Notes: generated by a model from the sequence alone, not told the origin. Positions 21,703-32,533 are shown, counted from the first letter of the stretch. The stretch is 64,000 bases of DNA from an uncultured delta proteobacterium (GCA_963705165.1 CAVPJD010000033.1:28114-92113); one strand, 5' to 3'. Made by a program: numbers and translations.

Positions 21703-22380
21703 TTACGCCAACCCCTCCCGATCCAGGCGGAAGAGATAGTACAGAAACAGCCCCGTGAAATAGACCATAAAGCCCGACCAGATCACATCGGTCAGGAAAT
21801 GTCCGCCCTGGATCATCCGTCCCAGGCCCATCGTGAGGCCGTAGAGGATACCTGCTGCCAGGGCCCTTCGCGCCCATCCGGGTGCCTTGCGCCTGAGCAC
21901 GAAGAAGGGTGCCATGAGGAAAAACCCTACGGCGGCGTGTCCCGAGGGAAACGAGCGCCCCTGCTCCGGCGAGCCGGGATGCCAGAAGGAACGATAGGTT
22001 TCCGTTCCCCCGAACTGCACGATGTCCGCGGGTCTCGGCCTGCCCCAGTGATCCTTGAACACCGTATTGACGATCAGACCGGGGCCGAGGGCCAGAAGGG
22101 CCACCACGAACAGCGCCGCCCTCCTGTCGGGGCGAAACCGCCCGGAGAAAAAGCTCAACGCGAAAGCGATCAGCCCCAGCACACCGAGAGCGAAGGCGGG
22201 AATATTGCCGTACCGGTAGAGGAACGCCCAGGGATCCAGTGTCCCCAGGACCCAGCCGGCGCCCGGGCTGTAAAACAGGGCCTGTACGGCCAGATCGGCA
22301 CCAGCCAAATCGATGGCCGCCGTGGCCGCCACGGCGGCCAGCAACGGGACCAGAAAGTCGACCAGGATGCCTTTTCTCAT
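21703..22380 (-). CDS. PAP2 family membrane phosphatase (LpxE/LpxF-like)
   Basis: KDHWGRPRP, SFPSGH, RMIQGGHFLTD. Confidence 0.92.
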   Translation of the reverse strand: MRKGILVDFLVPLLAAVAATAAIDLAGADLAVQALFYSPGAGWVLGTLDPWAFLYRYGNIPAFALGVLGLIAFALSFFSGRFRPDRRAALFVVALLALGPGLIVNTVFKDHWGRPRPADIVQFGGTETYRSFWHPGSPEQGRSFPSGHAAVGFFLMAPFFVLRRKAPGWARRALAAGILYGLTMGLGRMIQGGHFLTDVIWSGFMVYFTGLFLYYLFRLDREGLA

Positions 22381-22641
22381 AACCGCTCAACAAAAAAAAC
22401 GGCCTCGCAGGAGGCGCTTGGGAGATGGGCAAATAAAGCACACCTGCAGCGCCGAGTCAACTATTTTACCGTGGGATTCCGGTATTTTAGAGTTTCAGTG
22501 CCGCGCTCCTTCCTTCTTGACAAGCGATCCGATTTCCCTCAAATTGGTCTAACTTGGTCTTGTATATCGATGATGCCTGTTTGTCAGACATGAAACAGGC
22601 AGCGGAAGAGATTGCACAGGACACAACAAAGGAGTCCTCCA

Positions 22642-23730
22642 ATGACAAGCTCTCCTCCCTCACGGGACCTGACCCGGACGACGCTGTCGGTGTTGTTCAT
22701 CGGCATGTTCATCGCAGCAAATTACTGGATTCTGAAATCGTTCCTGCCTTCCTTCATCTGGGCAGTCATGATCGTCGTGGCATCCTGGCCACTCATGCTG
22801 CGCATGCAGGCGTGGCTGGGGGGCAAGCGCGGTTTTGCCGTGGCGTTCATGACACTGGCGCTTCTGCTTTTGTTTATTGTGCCGTTTACTTTTTCCATCG
22901 CAACTATCGTGGATAACACCGACATGATCAAGGGCTGGGCGGAATCGCTTAAGGCACAGGGTCTTCCGCCGCCTCCCGGGTGGGTCTCGGGCATCCCGCT
23001 GGCCGGACCCAGGCTTTCGGAGTCTTGGCGGGAGCTTGCCGCCGCAGGCAAGGAAGGTCTTTCGGCCCAACTCGCCCCTTATGCGGGAAAGCTTGTCACC
23101 TGGTTCGTCGACCAGGCGGGCAGTGTCGGGATGATGATCGTCCAGTTCCTGCTCACCGTCATCATCGCCGCGATCCTCTACTCGGGCGGGGAACCCGCGG
23201 CGGACGCAGTGCGCCGTTTTTCCCGACGGCTTGCCGGACAGCAGGGCGATGACGTTACCGTACTGGCCGCCCGCGCGATCCGGGGGGTGGCGCTTGGCGT
23301 CGTCGGCACCGCCTTGATCCAGTCTGTCCTCGGCGGCATCGGCCTTGCCGTGAGCGGCGTGCCAGCTGCGGCTGTTCTCACGGCGATCATGTTCATACTC
23401 TGCATCGCACAGCTCGGGCCCGTGCTCGTCCTCGTCCCGGCGGTGATCTGGCTGTACTGGAGCGGTCAGACCCTGTGGGGAACGGTTCTGCTGGCCTTTA
23501 CGATCGTCGCCGCCACATTGGACAATTTCCTGCGCCCCTACCTGATCAAGAAGGGCGCCGACCTCCCTCTGCTGCTGATTTTTGCCGGCGTGATCGGCGG
23601 GCTCATTGCCTTCGGGATCATCGGACTTTTCATCGGGCCGGTGGTCCTTGCGGTAACGTACACCCTGCTCGGGGCCTGGCTGGACGGCGGCGAATCCAAT
23701 CCTCCCGGGGAAACAGCCCAAAAGTCATAA
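22642..23730 (+). CDS. ydiK: AI-2E family transporter, YdiK-like
   Basis: DLTRTTLSVLFI, AIRGVALGVVGTALIQ, DNFLRPYLIKKGADLPLLLI, GLFIGPV. Confidence 0.88.
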   Translation: MTSSPPSRDLTRTTLSVLFIGMFIAANYWILKSFLPSFIWAVMIVVASWPLMLRMQAWLGGKRGFAVAFMTLALLLLFIVPFTFSIATIVDNTDMIKGWAESLKAQGLPPPPGWVSGIPLAGPRLSESWRELAAAGKEGLSAQLAPYAGKLVTWFVDQAGSVGMMIVQFLLTVIIAAILYSGGEPAADAVRRFSRRLAGQQGDDVTVLAARAIRGVALGVVGTALIQSVLGGIGLAVSGVPAAAVLTAIMFILCIAQLGPVLVLVPAVIWLYWSGQTLWGTVLLAFTIVAATLDNFLRPYLIKKGADLPLLLIFAGVIGGLIAFGIIGLFIGPVVLAVTYTLLGAWLDGGESNPPGETAQKS

Positions 23731-23860
23731 GGGCAAAGCCAGGACAAGGGCGAACGGCTCTTCGGCATGAAAAAAGACCTGCCCCGTCGAATGCCTCGAC
23801 GCACGGCAGGTCCTCGATCGCGCTGACATCACCGCCCCGTAATTCCTCTTCGGGGTCCTG

Positions 23861-24535
23861 TTACCGACTCTTCTGAAAACCGTTTTTCGACAGGAAGTCC
23901 TTCACGTCCCTGAAGGTGCGGTATTTGCTAACGCCCCGCTGCTCCTTCTCCGACAGCCGCGTCCAGAGGATCCCCTTGGCGAAAACGAGATCGGCCTTCC
24001 GGGCGGGGCACAAATCGGAATACCCGTCGCCGACGTAGAGGATCTTCCCGTAGCCCGCCTGACAGGACTCGAGGATGTTGCTCTTGCAGGTCCCGCACTT
24101 GTTGCAGGCCTCATTGGCGTGGGGAAATTCGATGGCCAGGGGCTTTTCGTCCTTGAAGGTCATCACGTTGGAATAGAAGGGGATGTCGGCAATCCCGTGT
24201 CTCTTGAGAACGAAATCGATGTAGAAATCCAGGCCGTCGGAAACGACCTTCACATCGATGCCGTGCTCCCGGCAGTAGGCATAGAACTCCTTGAAGTGGG
24301 GGTCGATGACGGTGTTTTCGGCCACGAACCGCAGCATGTCCTCCCGGGTGCCTCCCAGGATGGCCGCAATGCGGCCATAAGCCTCCATCGATCCGATCCG
24401 GCCTTCGCAGTAGTCCCGGTCGATGTCGTCCCAGCCCTGCCCGCTGAATTTCAGGAGCACCTCGTAGCCCACGTCGGTGAGGCTCAGGGTCCCGTCAAAA
24501 TCGGTGAGGACCAGAAGCGGTTTTTTTATTTCCAT
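23861..24535 (-). CDS. MtnX-like HAD-IB family phosphatase
   Basis: DFDGT, VVSDG, GTCK, YVGDGYSD. Confidence 0.9.
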   Translation of the reverse strand: MEIKKPLLVLTDFDGTLSLTDVGYEVLLKFSGQGWDDIDRDYCEGRIGSMEAYGRIAAILGGTREDMLRFVAENTVIDPHFKEFYAYCREHGIDVKVVSDGLDFYIDFVLKRHGIADIPFYSNVMTFKDEKPLAIEFPHANEACNKCGTCKSNILESCQAGYGKILYVGDGYSDLCPARKADLVFAKGILWTRLSEKEQRGVSKYRTFRDVKDFLSKNGFQKSR

Positions 24536-24553
24536 CTCGTGAGATCCGCTCCC

Positions 24554-24877
24554 TCAGGACGCCTTCTTCTTCATGTACTTGAAAAGAAAAAACCCCGCAA
24601 CAATGAGCAGGACCGATCGCACCAGGTTCATGGATGTCGCACTCATCTGGCCAAACCAGTTCTCGAAAAACAGAAACAGCAGACCCGCCGCCCCGATGAC
24701 CCATCCACCAAGATCCCGGTGACTCTGGACCAGCGTGAACAGGGCAAACACAATAATGAGGATCGGCCAGCTCTTGTCCAGGCTGTAGATGCCAAAGGTG
24801 CTCAAGAGGACCAGCACACCCAGGGTCAACAGGATAACCGCACCCGATAAGACTTTCATCTTCTCTTTCGCTTCCAC
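24554..24877 (-). CDS. Small four-TM membrane protein (LiaF/DUF5668-like)
   Basis: GTG after AAGGAG; LSGAVILLTLGVLVLL...SWPILII; hydrophobic. Confidence 0.7.
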   Translation of the reverse strand: MEAKEKMKVLSGAVILLTLGVLVLLSTFGIYSLDKSWPILIIVFALFTLVQSHRDLGGWVIGAAGLLFLFFENWFGQMSATSMNLVRSVLLIVAGFFLFKYMKKKAS

Positions 24878-24913
24878 GTCTTCTCCTTTCCGATGAACGG
24901 GCATCAGCGCCGC

Positions 24914-25666
24914 TCAGCCCTTGTCCTCTCTTTTGAAAAATATGTTCAACATGTCGATGGGGATCGGGAAGACCGTCGTCGTGTTGTTCTCCGTCCCGAT
25001 CTGCACCAGGGTCTGCAGGTACCGGAGCTGGAGCGCCATCGGTTGCTGCTGCATGAGGGCCGCCGCCTCGGTGAGCTTCTGGGCTGCCTGAAACTCGCCT
25101 TCCGCTGCGATGATCTTGGCTCGCCTTTCCCTTTCCGCCTCGGCCTGCTTGGCCATGGCCCGCTGCATGTCGGGCGGCAGGTCGATGTACTTCACCTCCA
25201 CATGGGTCACCTTGATCCCCCAGGGGTAGGTGCTGCGGTCCAGGATCTCCTGGATGTGGAGGTTGACCTTGTCCCGCGACGCCAGGATCTCGTCGAGTTC
25301 CACCTGGCCGCAGACGCTTCTCAGCGTCGTCTGGGCAAGCTGGGAGGTGGCATACAGGAAGTTTTCAACCTCGACGATGGCATTCATGGAGTCCACGACG
25401 CGGAAATAGACGACGGCGTTCACCTTGATGGAGACGTTGTCCCGGGTGATGACGTCCTGCGACGGCACGTCCATGGTGATCGTGCGCGTGTCCACGCGGA
25501 CCATGCGGTCCACGACGGGGATGAGTATGATGAGACCGGGCCCCTTCGTGGGAATGATCCTTCCGAGGCGGAAGATGACGGCCCGTTCATATTCATTGAG
25601 GATCCGGATGGACGCGGCCAGAAACATGATGACGAGTACGACAACGACAATGATCGGATACAACAT
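24914..25666 (-). CDS. SPFH/stomatin-like (slipin) protein
   Basis: [49 protein letters not shown]. Confidence 0.95.
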   Translation of the reverse strand: MLYPIIVVVVLVIMFLAASIRILNEYERAVIFRLGRIIPTKGPGLIILIPVVDRMVRVDTRTITMDVPSQDVITRDNVSIKVNAVVYFRVVDSMNAIVEVENFLYATSQLAQTTLRSVCGQVELDEILASRDKVNLHIQEILDRSTYPWGIKVTHVEVKYIDLPPDMQRAMAKQAEAERERRAKIIAAEGEFQAAQKLTEAAALMQQQPMALQLRYLQTLVQIGTENNTTTVFPIPIDMLNIFFKREDKG

Positions 25667-25678
25667 AAACACCCCCTT

Positions 25679-26998
25679 CTACGTTTCTTCTACCACTTCA
25701 ATTTTCAACCCATTGACTCGCACGACTTTCACGGGACGGCCCTTTTCGATGGACGCCTTGCTGCATGCGTCCCAGTATTCGCCCCGGATGAGTACCTTTC
25801 CTCGCCCGGATACCTCCGAAACGGTTTCCCCCACCGCACCGATCATGCCCTCCCCGCCGGTAAGAACCTTGCGCATCTGGGCCCGGACGGCAATCGAGAT
25901 GACAGCGATGAAGAACAGCGAGACAATCGCCACCGTCGGGACCAGCACGCTCCAGGACACCCGGAGGGCGGGGTCGGGTGACTCGAAGAGCATGATGGAG
26001 CCCAGGACAAGCGAGACGACGCCCCCCATCGTGAGCACGCCGTGGCTGACCACCTTGATCTCGGCGATAAAGAGGATCACGGCAAAGATGATCAGGAGGA
26101 TGCCGGCATAATTCACGGGAAGGGTCTGGAATGCAAAGAATGCCAGGATCAGCGAGATCCCGCCGATGATTCCCGGCAGAACCACGCCCGGGGAAGAAAA
26201 CTCGAAGTAAAGCCCCGCAAGCCCGAGGAGGAACAGGATATAGGCGATGTTGGGGTTCGAGATGGTGATGAGCACCTTCTCGCGAAAACCCATTTCCTTC
26301 CGGTTGAGCTCGGCCCCTTTCGTTTTCAAGACTCTGTTGCCGGAGGCCAGTTTGACCTCGCGCCCGTCGATCTTCTCGAGAAGATCGTTCACGTCTTTGG
26401 CGATCACATCGATGACGTTGAGCTTCAGGGCTTCCTCGGCCGTCACGGAGACGCTCTTGCGGATGGCCTCCTCGATCCAGTCGGCGTTGCGTCCCTTCTG
26501 TTCGGCAATGCCCCGCCCGTAGGCCACGGCGTCATTTTCGACCTTCTCCATCATCGTCTCGTCGGCCTTGCCGAGGCCCATGGCCACGGGGTGGGCCGCG
26601 CCGATATTGGTCCCGGGTGCCATGGCCGCCACGTGGGCCGAAATCGTGATGAGCACCCCCGCCGAGGCCGCCCGCGCGCCCTGGGGCGACACGTAGACGA
26701 CGACGGGAATAGAGGCGTTGAGACACTCCTTGATGATGTCCCGCATGGACAGATCGAGCCCCCCGGGCGTGTCGAGCTGGATGACGATGGCCTCGGAACC
26801 CGACTCGGTGGCCTGCCTGATGCTCTTGACGATATACTCCCCGATGGGCGGGGTGATGACCTCGTTGACGACGACGACATCGACGATGCGTTTCTCCTCG
26901 GCTGCCTGAAGGACGAGGCCAGGCGCCGCGGCTGCAAGGAGATACGCTGCGACAGCGGCCAGCAGCACCCGCATTCTTTTATCGGGGATCTTTTTCAT
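25679..26998 (-). CDS. nfeD: Long-form NfeD membrane-bound serine protease (ClpP class)
   Basis: LDTPGGL, RAASAG, TNIGAAHPV, TM region, C-terminal OB fold; paired with the SPFH gene. Confidence 0.93.
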   Translation of the reverse strand: MKKIPDKRMRVLLAAVAAYLLAAAAPGLVLQAAEEKRIVDVVVVNEVITPPIGEYIVKSIRQATESGSEAIVIQLDTPGGLDLSMRDIIKECLNASIPVVVYVSPQGARAASAGVLITISAHVAAMAPGTNIGAAHPVAMGLGKADETMMEKVENDAVAYGRGIAEQKGRNADWIEEAIRKSVSVTAEEALKLNVIDVIAKDVNDLLEKIDGREVKLASGNRVLKTKGAELNRKEMGFREKVLITISNPNIAYILFLLGLAGLYFEFSSPGVVLPGIIGGISLILAFFAFQTLPVNYAGILLIIFAVILFIAEIKVVSHGVLTMGGVVSLVLGSIMLFESPDPALRVSWSVLVPTVAIVSLFFIAVISIAVRAQMRKVLTGGEGMIGAVGETVSEVSGRGKVLIRGEYWDACSKASIEKGRPVKVVRVNGLKIEVVEET

Positions 26999-27007
26999 CA
27001 CTTGCCC

Positions 27008-27753
27008 TCACAGGATCTTCATGATTTTCTGCACGTCTTCCCAGACCAGTTTCTTTGCGTCGGGGTTTCGAAGGAGATACGCCGGGTGATAGGTCGGCAT
27101 GAGCTTGCGGCCGTGGTAGTCGTGGAATTTCCCCCGTATCGCCGAGATGGGCGACTCGGTGCGAAGCAGCGTCTTTGCCGCAAAGGTCCCCAGCGCACAG
27201 ATGATCGCCGGGTTGATGGCCTCGAGCTGTTTCAGCAGGAAGGGCTCGCAGGTCGCGATTTCGTCTTCCTTCGGGTTGCGGTTCGCAGGCGGACGGCACT
27301 TCAGGATGTTGCAGATGTAGACTTCCTCGCGCTTGAGCCCCATGGCGTCGATGATCTTTGTCAGGAGCTGCCCCGCCCGGCCCACGAACGGCCGACCCTG
27401 GTTGTCTTCTTCCTCGCCCGGGGCCTCTCCGACGAAGACGAGCCTTGCCTTCGCGCTCCCCTCGCCGAAGACGAGGTTTTTGCGCGTGCGGTGAAGGGGA
27501 CACCGGGTGCAATCGCCCAGTTCCTCGCGGACCCCGGCCAGGGGCAGGCGACGTCTTGCTGGTGCCGGCTTTCGCCGTTGCCTTTGCGGCAAGACAGATC
27601 CCGCTTGCCGTCTTCCTCCAGCCGGGGAATGGTTTCACGCTTCATCGTCAGGCGCGAGACGGGATTGTAGGCATCCTTTTCGTTTGCAACGTGATTTTTC
27701 AGGGCGCCCACGAGATGCTGCAGCTCGCTATGAAGATTATCTTTTTTTCCCAC
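27008..27753 (-). CDS. Family 4 (Fe-S) uracil-DNA glycosylase (frameshift near 27547)
   Basis: CTRCPL, FVGEAPG, FVGRAG, KCRPPANR, TYHPAYLLR; the N-terminus (VGKKDNLHSEL...) lies in another frame overlapping the coaBC stop. Confidence 0.88.
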
Positions 27754-28957
27754 GGGATGCCCCTTTTTGTTTCCCCATGAGCTCCAGTACACGGTCCAGG
27801 ATCCGCGCGGCAACGTCCATCTTGTCCATCAGGGGCAGATCCACCGAGCCCCCTTCGCGGTCGAGGATCTTGACGATATTGGTCTGCGCCGCAAATCCCG
27901 CGCCGGGCTGGGTGATGTCGTTTGCCACGATGAGGTCCATGTTCTTTTCCATCATCTTCTTCGTGGCGTACCGGATCAGGTTGTCCGTCTCGACGGCAAA
28001 CCCCACCAGGATCCGTTTGCCTTTGACGCGACCCACTTCGGAGATGATGTCGGGGTTGCGCTCGAGGCGGATCTCCAGAGGCCCGCCTGACTTCTTGATT
28101 TTCGATTCCGAGAAGCCCGCCGGCCGGTAATCGGCCACGGCGGCGGACTTGACGACAACAGTCGCTTTCTCCAGATTCGCCATGACGGCGTCCCGCATCT
28201 GACGGGCCGACGAGACGGACACAAACTCCACACCCCGCGGCTGCGGCAGGCTGGTGGGGCCGCTGACAAGCGTGACCTTCGCCCCGCGGCGCTTCGCCAT
28301 CACGGCGACGGCATAGCCCATCTTGCCCGTGGAGTAGTTCGTGATGAACCGGACGGGGTCGAAGGCCTCCCTCGTGGGCCCCGCCGTGACGAGGACTCGC
28401 TGCCCCTGCAGATCCTTCACGGTGAGGATGTCTTCCACGTCCTCGACGATGTCTTCCAGGGGGGCAAGCCGGCCGTACCCTTCCGTCTTGCACGCCAGCT
28501 CTCCGTAGCCCGCATCGACAAACCGGTAGCCCATCGCGGCCAGTTTCTCCATGTTCTCACGGACAATCGGGTTTGCGTACATGTTCACGTTCATGGCGGG
28601 GCAGATCAGGACAGGCGCCCGGGTGGCCATGACCGTCGTCGTGAGCAGATCGTCGGCAATACCGCCTGCAATCTTCCCGACCACGTTCGCCGTGGCCGGG
28701 GCCACAACGACGATGTGGGCGCTCTCGGCGAGCGTGATGTGCCCGATTTCCCACTCTCCCGTCAGCTGGAACGTGTCCGCGTAGACCGGGTTTCCCGTGA
28801 GGGTCTGGAAGGTGAGCGGGGTGATGAACTCCGTTGCGTTCTTCGTCATGATGACGTGGACGCCAGCCCCGCGCTTGATGAATTCCCGCGACAGTTCGGC
28901 CGCTTTGTACGCCGCGATGCCGCCGGTCACCCCGAGGACGATCTTTTTGTCTTTCAT
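27737..28957 (-). CDS. coaBC: Phosphopantothenoylcysteine decarboxylase / phosphopantothenate-cysteine ligase
   Basis: GVTGGIAAYKA, PATAN, PAMN, VTAGPTRE.FDPVRF, AAVADY, GFAVET, VAND. Confidence 0.97.
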   Translation of the reverse strand: MKDKKIVLGVTGGIAAYKAAELSREFIKRGAGVHVIMTKNATEFITPLTFQTLTGNPVYADTFQLTGEWEIGHITLAESAHIVVVAPATANVVGKIAGGIADDLLTTTVMATRAPVLICPAMNVNMYANPIVRENMEKLAAMGYRFVDAGYGELACKTEGYGRLAPLEDIVEDVEDILTVKDLQGQRVLVTAGPTREAFDPVRFITNYSTGKMGYAVAVMAKRRGAKVTLVSGPTSLPQPRGVEFVSVSSARQMRDAVMANLEKATVVVKSAAVADYRPAGFSESKIKKSGGPLEIRLERNPDIISEVGRVKGKRILVGFAVETDNLIRYATKKMMEKNMDLIVANDITQPGAGFAAQTNIVKILDREGGSVDLPLMDKMDVAARILDRVLELMGKQKGASRGKKR

Positions 28958-29004
28958 CCGTTGCGCTCCCGATGTGTTCGTGATACCCGCTTCATGATCC
29001 TCTC

Positions 29005-29637
29005 TCAGATCAGGTAGTCGAGACCCGTGAGGCCGAAGTAGATGCCGAAACCGATCAGCACGACCGCGCAGGCCGCGACCACTCCCCGGTAGACGGCCGG
29101 GCGGATGTGCTTGCGGCCCTTCCAGACGAGGAACGACACCAGGGTGTACCAGGCAAAGTCAGCGGAGATGTGACCGGTGAAGAAGGCCAGCATCCCTGCC
29201 CATCCGAACTTCATGCACCAGAATACGTAACCGAGCCCGATCGTGGCCCACCAGATGATCCAGTATGGGTTCGACAGGCTCGAGAGAATTCCCGAAAGCA
29301 CGGGCCCGGAGTTGCTCCCCCCGGAGGCCTCGAGGTCGAGGTCAAGAGTCCTCAAGCTTCTGAGCATCCCGCAGGACATCCAGAGAAGAACCGCACCGCC
29401 GGCTACACCGACCACACCGAGAACCACCGGATGGTTGATGAAATGGACGAAACCGAGGACGAGCAGCGAAAAAAGGGCCAGCTCCAGAAGCGAGTGTCCC
29501 ACCATGATCAGGGGACCTGCCCGCAGCCCGATCCGGGATGCCTCCGTAATCGTCACGGCAAGCACGGGGCCCGGCATGAGGGCCCCCGAAAGGGCGATGA
29601 CGAAGGACGAGCCGAATATCAGGGCAAGGTCTTCCAT
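29005..29637 (-). CDS. LysE family translocator
   Basis: LSGALMPGP, SNPYWIIWW, six TM segments. Confidence 0.88.
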   Translation of the reverse strand: MEDLALIFGSSFVIALSGALMPGPVLAVTITEASRIGLRAGPLIMVGHSLLELALFSLLVLGFVHFINHPVVLGVVGVAGGAVLLWMSCGMLRSLRTLDLDLEASGGSNSGPVLSGILSSLSNPYWIIWWATIGLGYVFWCMKFGWAGMLAFFTGHISADFAWYTLVSFLVWKGRKHIRPAVYRGVVAACAVVLIGFGIYFGLTGLDYLI

Positions 29638-29640
29638 GTA

Positions 29641-29720
29641 CCCTTTGCTTTATGCCTGAATCCCCAATCCCGAATCCATTTCCTTTTTTCCCTGAGCCCT
29701 TTGCCCTATGCCCTAAGCCT
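29641..29720. repeat. Heptamer arrays in the lysE leader
   Basis: ccctttg ctttatg cctgaat ccccaat cccgaat ... ccctgag ccctttg ccctatg ccctaag. Confidence 0.75.
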
Positions 29721-29904
29721 GAAAATTCAATATAACAAATCACGCGGAACGTCAAGGAATGAAAGCCTTTTCGGACCGTTTAACCGCCCGGCTGCGCAAT
29801 GGTCATGGTACTTGAAATTTTTTTGTTTACGGGTATGATGGATGACGCTTCGGGCTCTTGCGCAGTGCCCCCGATGTCAGTCCAATCATGGAGTACAAGC
29901 CGTC

Positions 29905-31317
29905 ATGAACCGAATGTACCTGCTGCTCTTCGGCTTCGCAATCGCTCTCGCGGGGGCCGCCCTCTGGGCCTTCAACACGATCCTGGAGTTCGAAAAACCC
30001 GCCATTGTCCTGAAAGACGACATCTCCACGATCGGCCCGGGGAAGGCCATCGCCCTGACCGTCTCCGATCAGAAGAGCGGGATCCGGAACGTTTCCGTCA
30101 CGATCAGCCAGGAAGGCAGGGATCAGGTTGTATTGTCCGAAAACTACGCCCGGGGGACAAGGGAACAAATGCTGAGTCCCGAGCTGAACCTGCGCGGGCT
30201 GAATCTCAAGGACGGCCCGGCGACAATCACCATCACGGCCGAGGATCATTCCTGGCTGAAAAACCGGACCACGCTCGCCGTGGATACGTCCATTGACACG
30301 GTGCCGCCGCAGATCGGAATGATAAGTTCCGCCCACAACGTCAACGCCGGGGGTACCGGGGTCGCCCTGTACCGGCTTTCGGAGGAAGTGACCCGCACGG
30401 GTATCCGTGTGGGGGATCGCTTTTTCCAGGGCTACCCCTACGCCATCCAGGGCAAACCCTGCCACATCGCCTATTTCGCCATCCCGCCCTCGGCCTCCAA
30501 AGGGGGTCTCAAGATCCTGATTACCGCGCGGGACAAGGCCGGAAACGAATCGTCCGTGGCTCTCCCTCATCTTGTGAGAGAAAAGAAATTCAAGGCGGAT
30601 CAGATCACCCTCAGCCGCGCCTTCCTGGAACAGAAAATGCCGGAGTTCAGGCAGCATGATCCCCGGGTCCCGGCCACGCCCCTGGAGGCCTTCCTGTTCG
30701 TCAACGAGACGCTGCGCAGCGAGAACACCAAGACGATCCAGGCAGCCGGCAGCAAGTCCCAGCCCAAGGCGCTTTGGGAGGGAACCTTCCTGCGCATGAA
30801 GAACGCGGCGCCCATGGCCGGCTTCGCCCAGGCGAGAACCTATTTCTTCGAGGGGATGGCCGTGAGCAAGAGCACCCATTATGGTGTCGATCTCGCCTCG
30901 ACGGAGCGAGCTCCGATTGAATCGGCAAACGGCGGTGTGATCGTTTTTGCCGGATACCTCGGCATCTACGGCAACACCGTTATTGTGGATCATGGCCTGG
31001 GGCTCGCCAGCCTTTACGGGCACATGTCGGATATCAGCGTCAAGGTGGGACAAAACGTTGCACGGGGAGAGACGCTGGGCAACAGCGGCGTCACGGGGCT
31101 TGCCGGTGGCGACCACCTGCACTTCAGCATCCTCGTCGGCGGGGAGTTCGTGAACCCCACGGAGTGGTGGGACGCCCACTGGATCCAGGACAACGTGACG
31201 GGCAAGCTGACCGAGACGGCACCGCAGGCCGCCTCCCCCACATCGAAGGCGCAACCGCCGAAAGCCAAGGCGAAAAAGAAAGGGTCCAGGGTCAAGGGTT
31301 CAGGGTCCAGGGAATAG
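29905..31317 (+). CDS. M23 family metallopeptidase with N-terminal membrane anchor
   Basis: HYGVDL (HxxxD), YGN, LYGHM, DHLHF (HxH). Confidence 0.92.
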   Translation: MNRMYLLLFGFAIALAGAALWAFNTILEFEKPAIVLKDDISTIGPGKAIALTVSDQKSGIRNVSVTISQEGRDQVVLSENYARGTREQMLSPELNLRGLNLKDGPATITITAEDHSWLKNRTTLAVDTSIDTVPPQIGMISSAHNVNAGGTGVALYRLSEEVTRTGIRVGDRFFQGYPYAIQGKPCHIAYFAIPPSASKGGLKILITARDKAGNESSVALPHLVREKKFKADQITLSRAFLEQKMPEFRQHDPRVPATPLEAFLFVNETLRSENTKTIQAAGSKSQPKALWEGTFLRMKNAAPMAGFAQARTYFFEGMAVSKSTHYGVDLASTERAPIESANGGVIVFAGYLGIYGNTVIVDHGLGLASLYGHMSDISVKVGQNVARGETLGNSGVTGLAGGDHLHFSILVGGEFVNPTEWWDAHWIQDNVTGKLTETAPQAASPTSKAQPPKAKAKKKGSRVKGSGSRE

Positions 31318-31492
31318 GATCAAAATGCCATGGGCAGGGTCCAGGGTACCGGGTCCAGAAAACAAAGTCTGGGACAGATTCGATTTCTATGCTGAACGAT
31401 AAAACCCCCTGCAGCCTTGCTGCAGGGGGTTTTTCTTTGTCTTATCTTCACCCTGAACCCTGGACCCTAGACCCTGTACCCTAGGCCCTGTG
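31281..31492. repeat. Inverted heptamer arrays (AGGGTYC / CCCTGRA) enclosing a terminator
   Basis: agggtcc-type units at 31281-31356; ccctgaa ccctgga ccctaga ccctgta ccctagg at 31451-31485. Confidence 0.85.
31401..31434. terminator. Bidirectional intrinsic terminator
   Basis: aaaaccccctgcagc ctt gctgcagggggttttt, between convergent M23 and rapZ. Confidence 0.85.
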
Positions 31493-32347
31493 GATATCCC
31501 GGTGGGCTGTGTTCACCAGATAATTCTCGCCGGCAAAATACCGGGCCAGGCGGGTGGTCATGACGACGGAGCGGTGCTTGCCGCCCGTACAGCCCAGGGC
31601 CACGTTGAGGTTTGATTTGCCTTCTTTCTCGTAAAGCGGGATCAGGAATTCCATCATGTCCAGCATCTTCTGAAGAAAAGTCTGACTCTCCTCCCACCCC
31701 ATGACGTACTCCTGAATTTTCTCGTCCTCCCCGTTTAGGTGCTTCAGCTCTTCGATAAAGTAGGGGTTGGGCAGGAACCTGACGTCCAGCACAATATCCG
31801 CCTCGGGAGGAAGCCCGTAGCGGAAGCCGAACGACATCAGGTTGATCACGAGGCGCTTCTCGGTGGTCGACGTCATGAAGTGGCGCTGGATGACGTCCTT
31901 GAGCTGATGGACGTTGAACGAGGAGGTGTCGACGATTTTGTCCGCCATCGCCCGCAGGGCCGAGAGTTTCTCCCGCTCCAGCGCAATCCCCTCCATCACG
32001 GTCCCCCGCTCGCAGAGCGGGTGCGCCCGCCTCGTCTCGCGGAACCTCCTCAGCAGCGAGTCGTCGCTGGCGTCCAGAAAAAGGATCTCGATCCGGTGCC
32101 CCTCCTCCTTGAGTTTGGCGAAGATCTCCGCATACTTCTCCAGGAAGTACCGTTCCCGCAGATCCATGACGAGGGCCACCTTGCTGATCTCGCTGGCGGC
32201 GTCGGTCTGGATCTCGAGAAGCTTCGGCAGCAGGACGACGGGCAGGTTGTCGACGCAGAAAAATCCAACGTCCTCCAGCGCCCGAAGGGCCGTGCTCTTG
32301 CCGGAGCCGGACATGCCGGTGACGATAATGATTTTCAGGTTCTGCAT
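31481..32347 (-). CDS. rapZ: RNase adapter RapZ
   Basis: [48 protein letters not shown]. Confidence 0.96.
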   Translation of the reverse strand: MQNLKIIIVTGMSGSGKSTALRALEDVGFFCVDNLPVVLLPKLLEIQTDAASEISKVALVMDLRERYFLEKYAEIFAKLKEEGHRIEILFLDASDDSLLRRFRETRRAHPLCERGTVMEGIALEREKLSALRAMADKIVDTSSFNVHQLKDVIQRHFMTSTTEKRLVINLMSFGFRYGLPPEADIVLDVRFLPNPYFIEELKHLNGEDEKIQEYVMGWEESQTFLQKMLDMMEFLIPLYEKEGKSNLNVALGCTGGKHRSVVMTTRLARYFAGENYLVNTAHRDIHRA

Positions 32348-32533
32348 TCAGCACCTCCGGGCAGGCGCAAGCGCCGGAACAATGGATGGCTCGAATACGG
32401 GAACAGGGGGAAAAGACGGTACTGCAGGAAAGGATGTTGAATAAGGGATGCCAGGGGAAGTCTGTTCATCGGGTCACGCCCTGTGAACCTGTCCGCAACA
32501 CCTTCGATGGGGCGCCGGCGGGCCGTATGCCTT

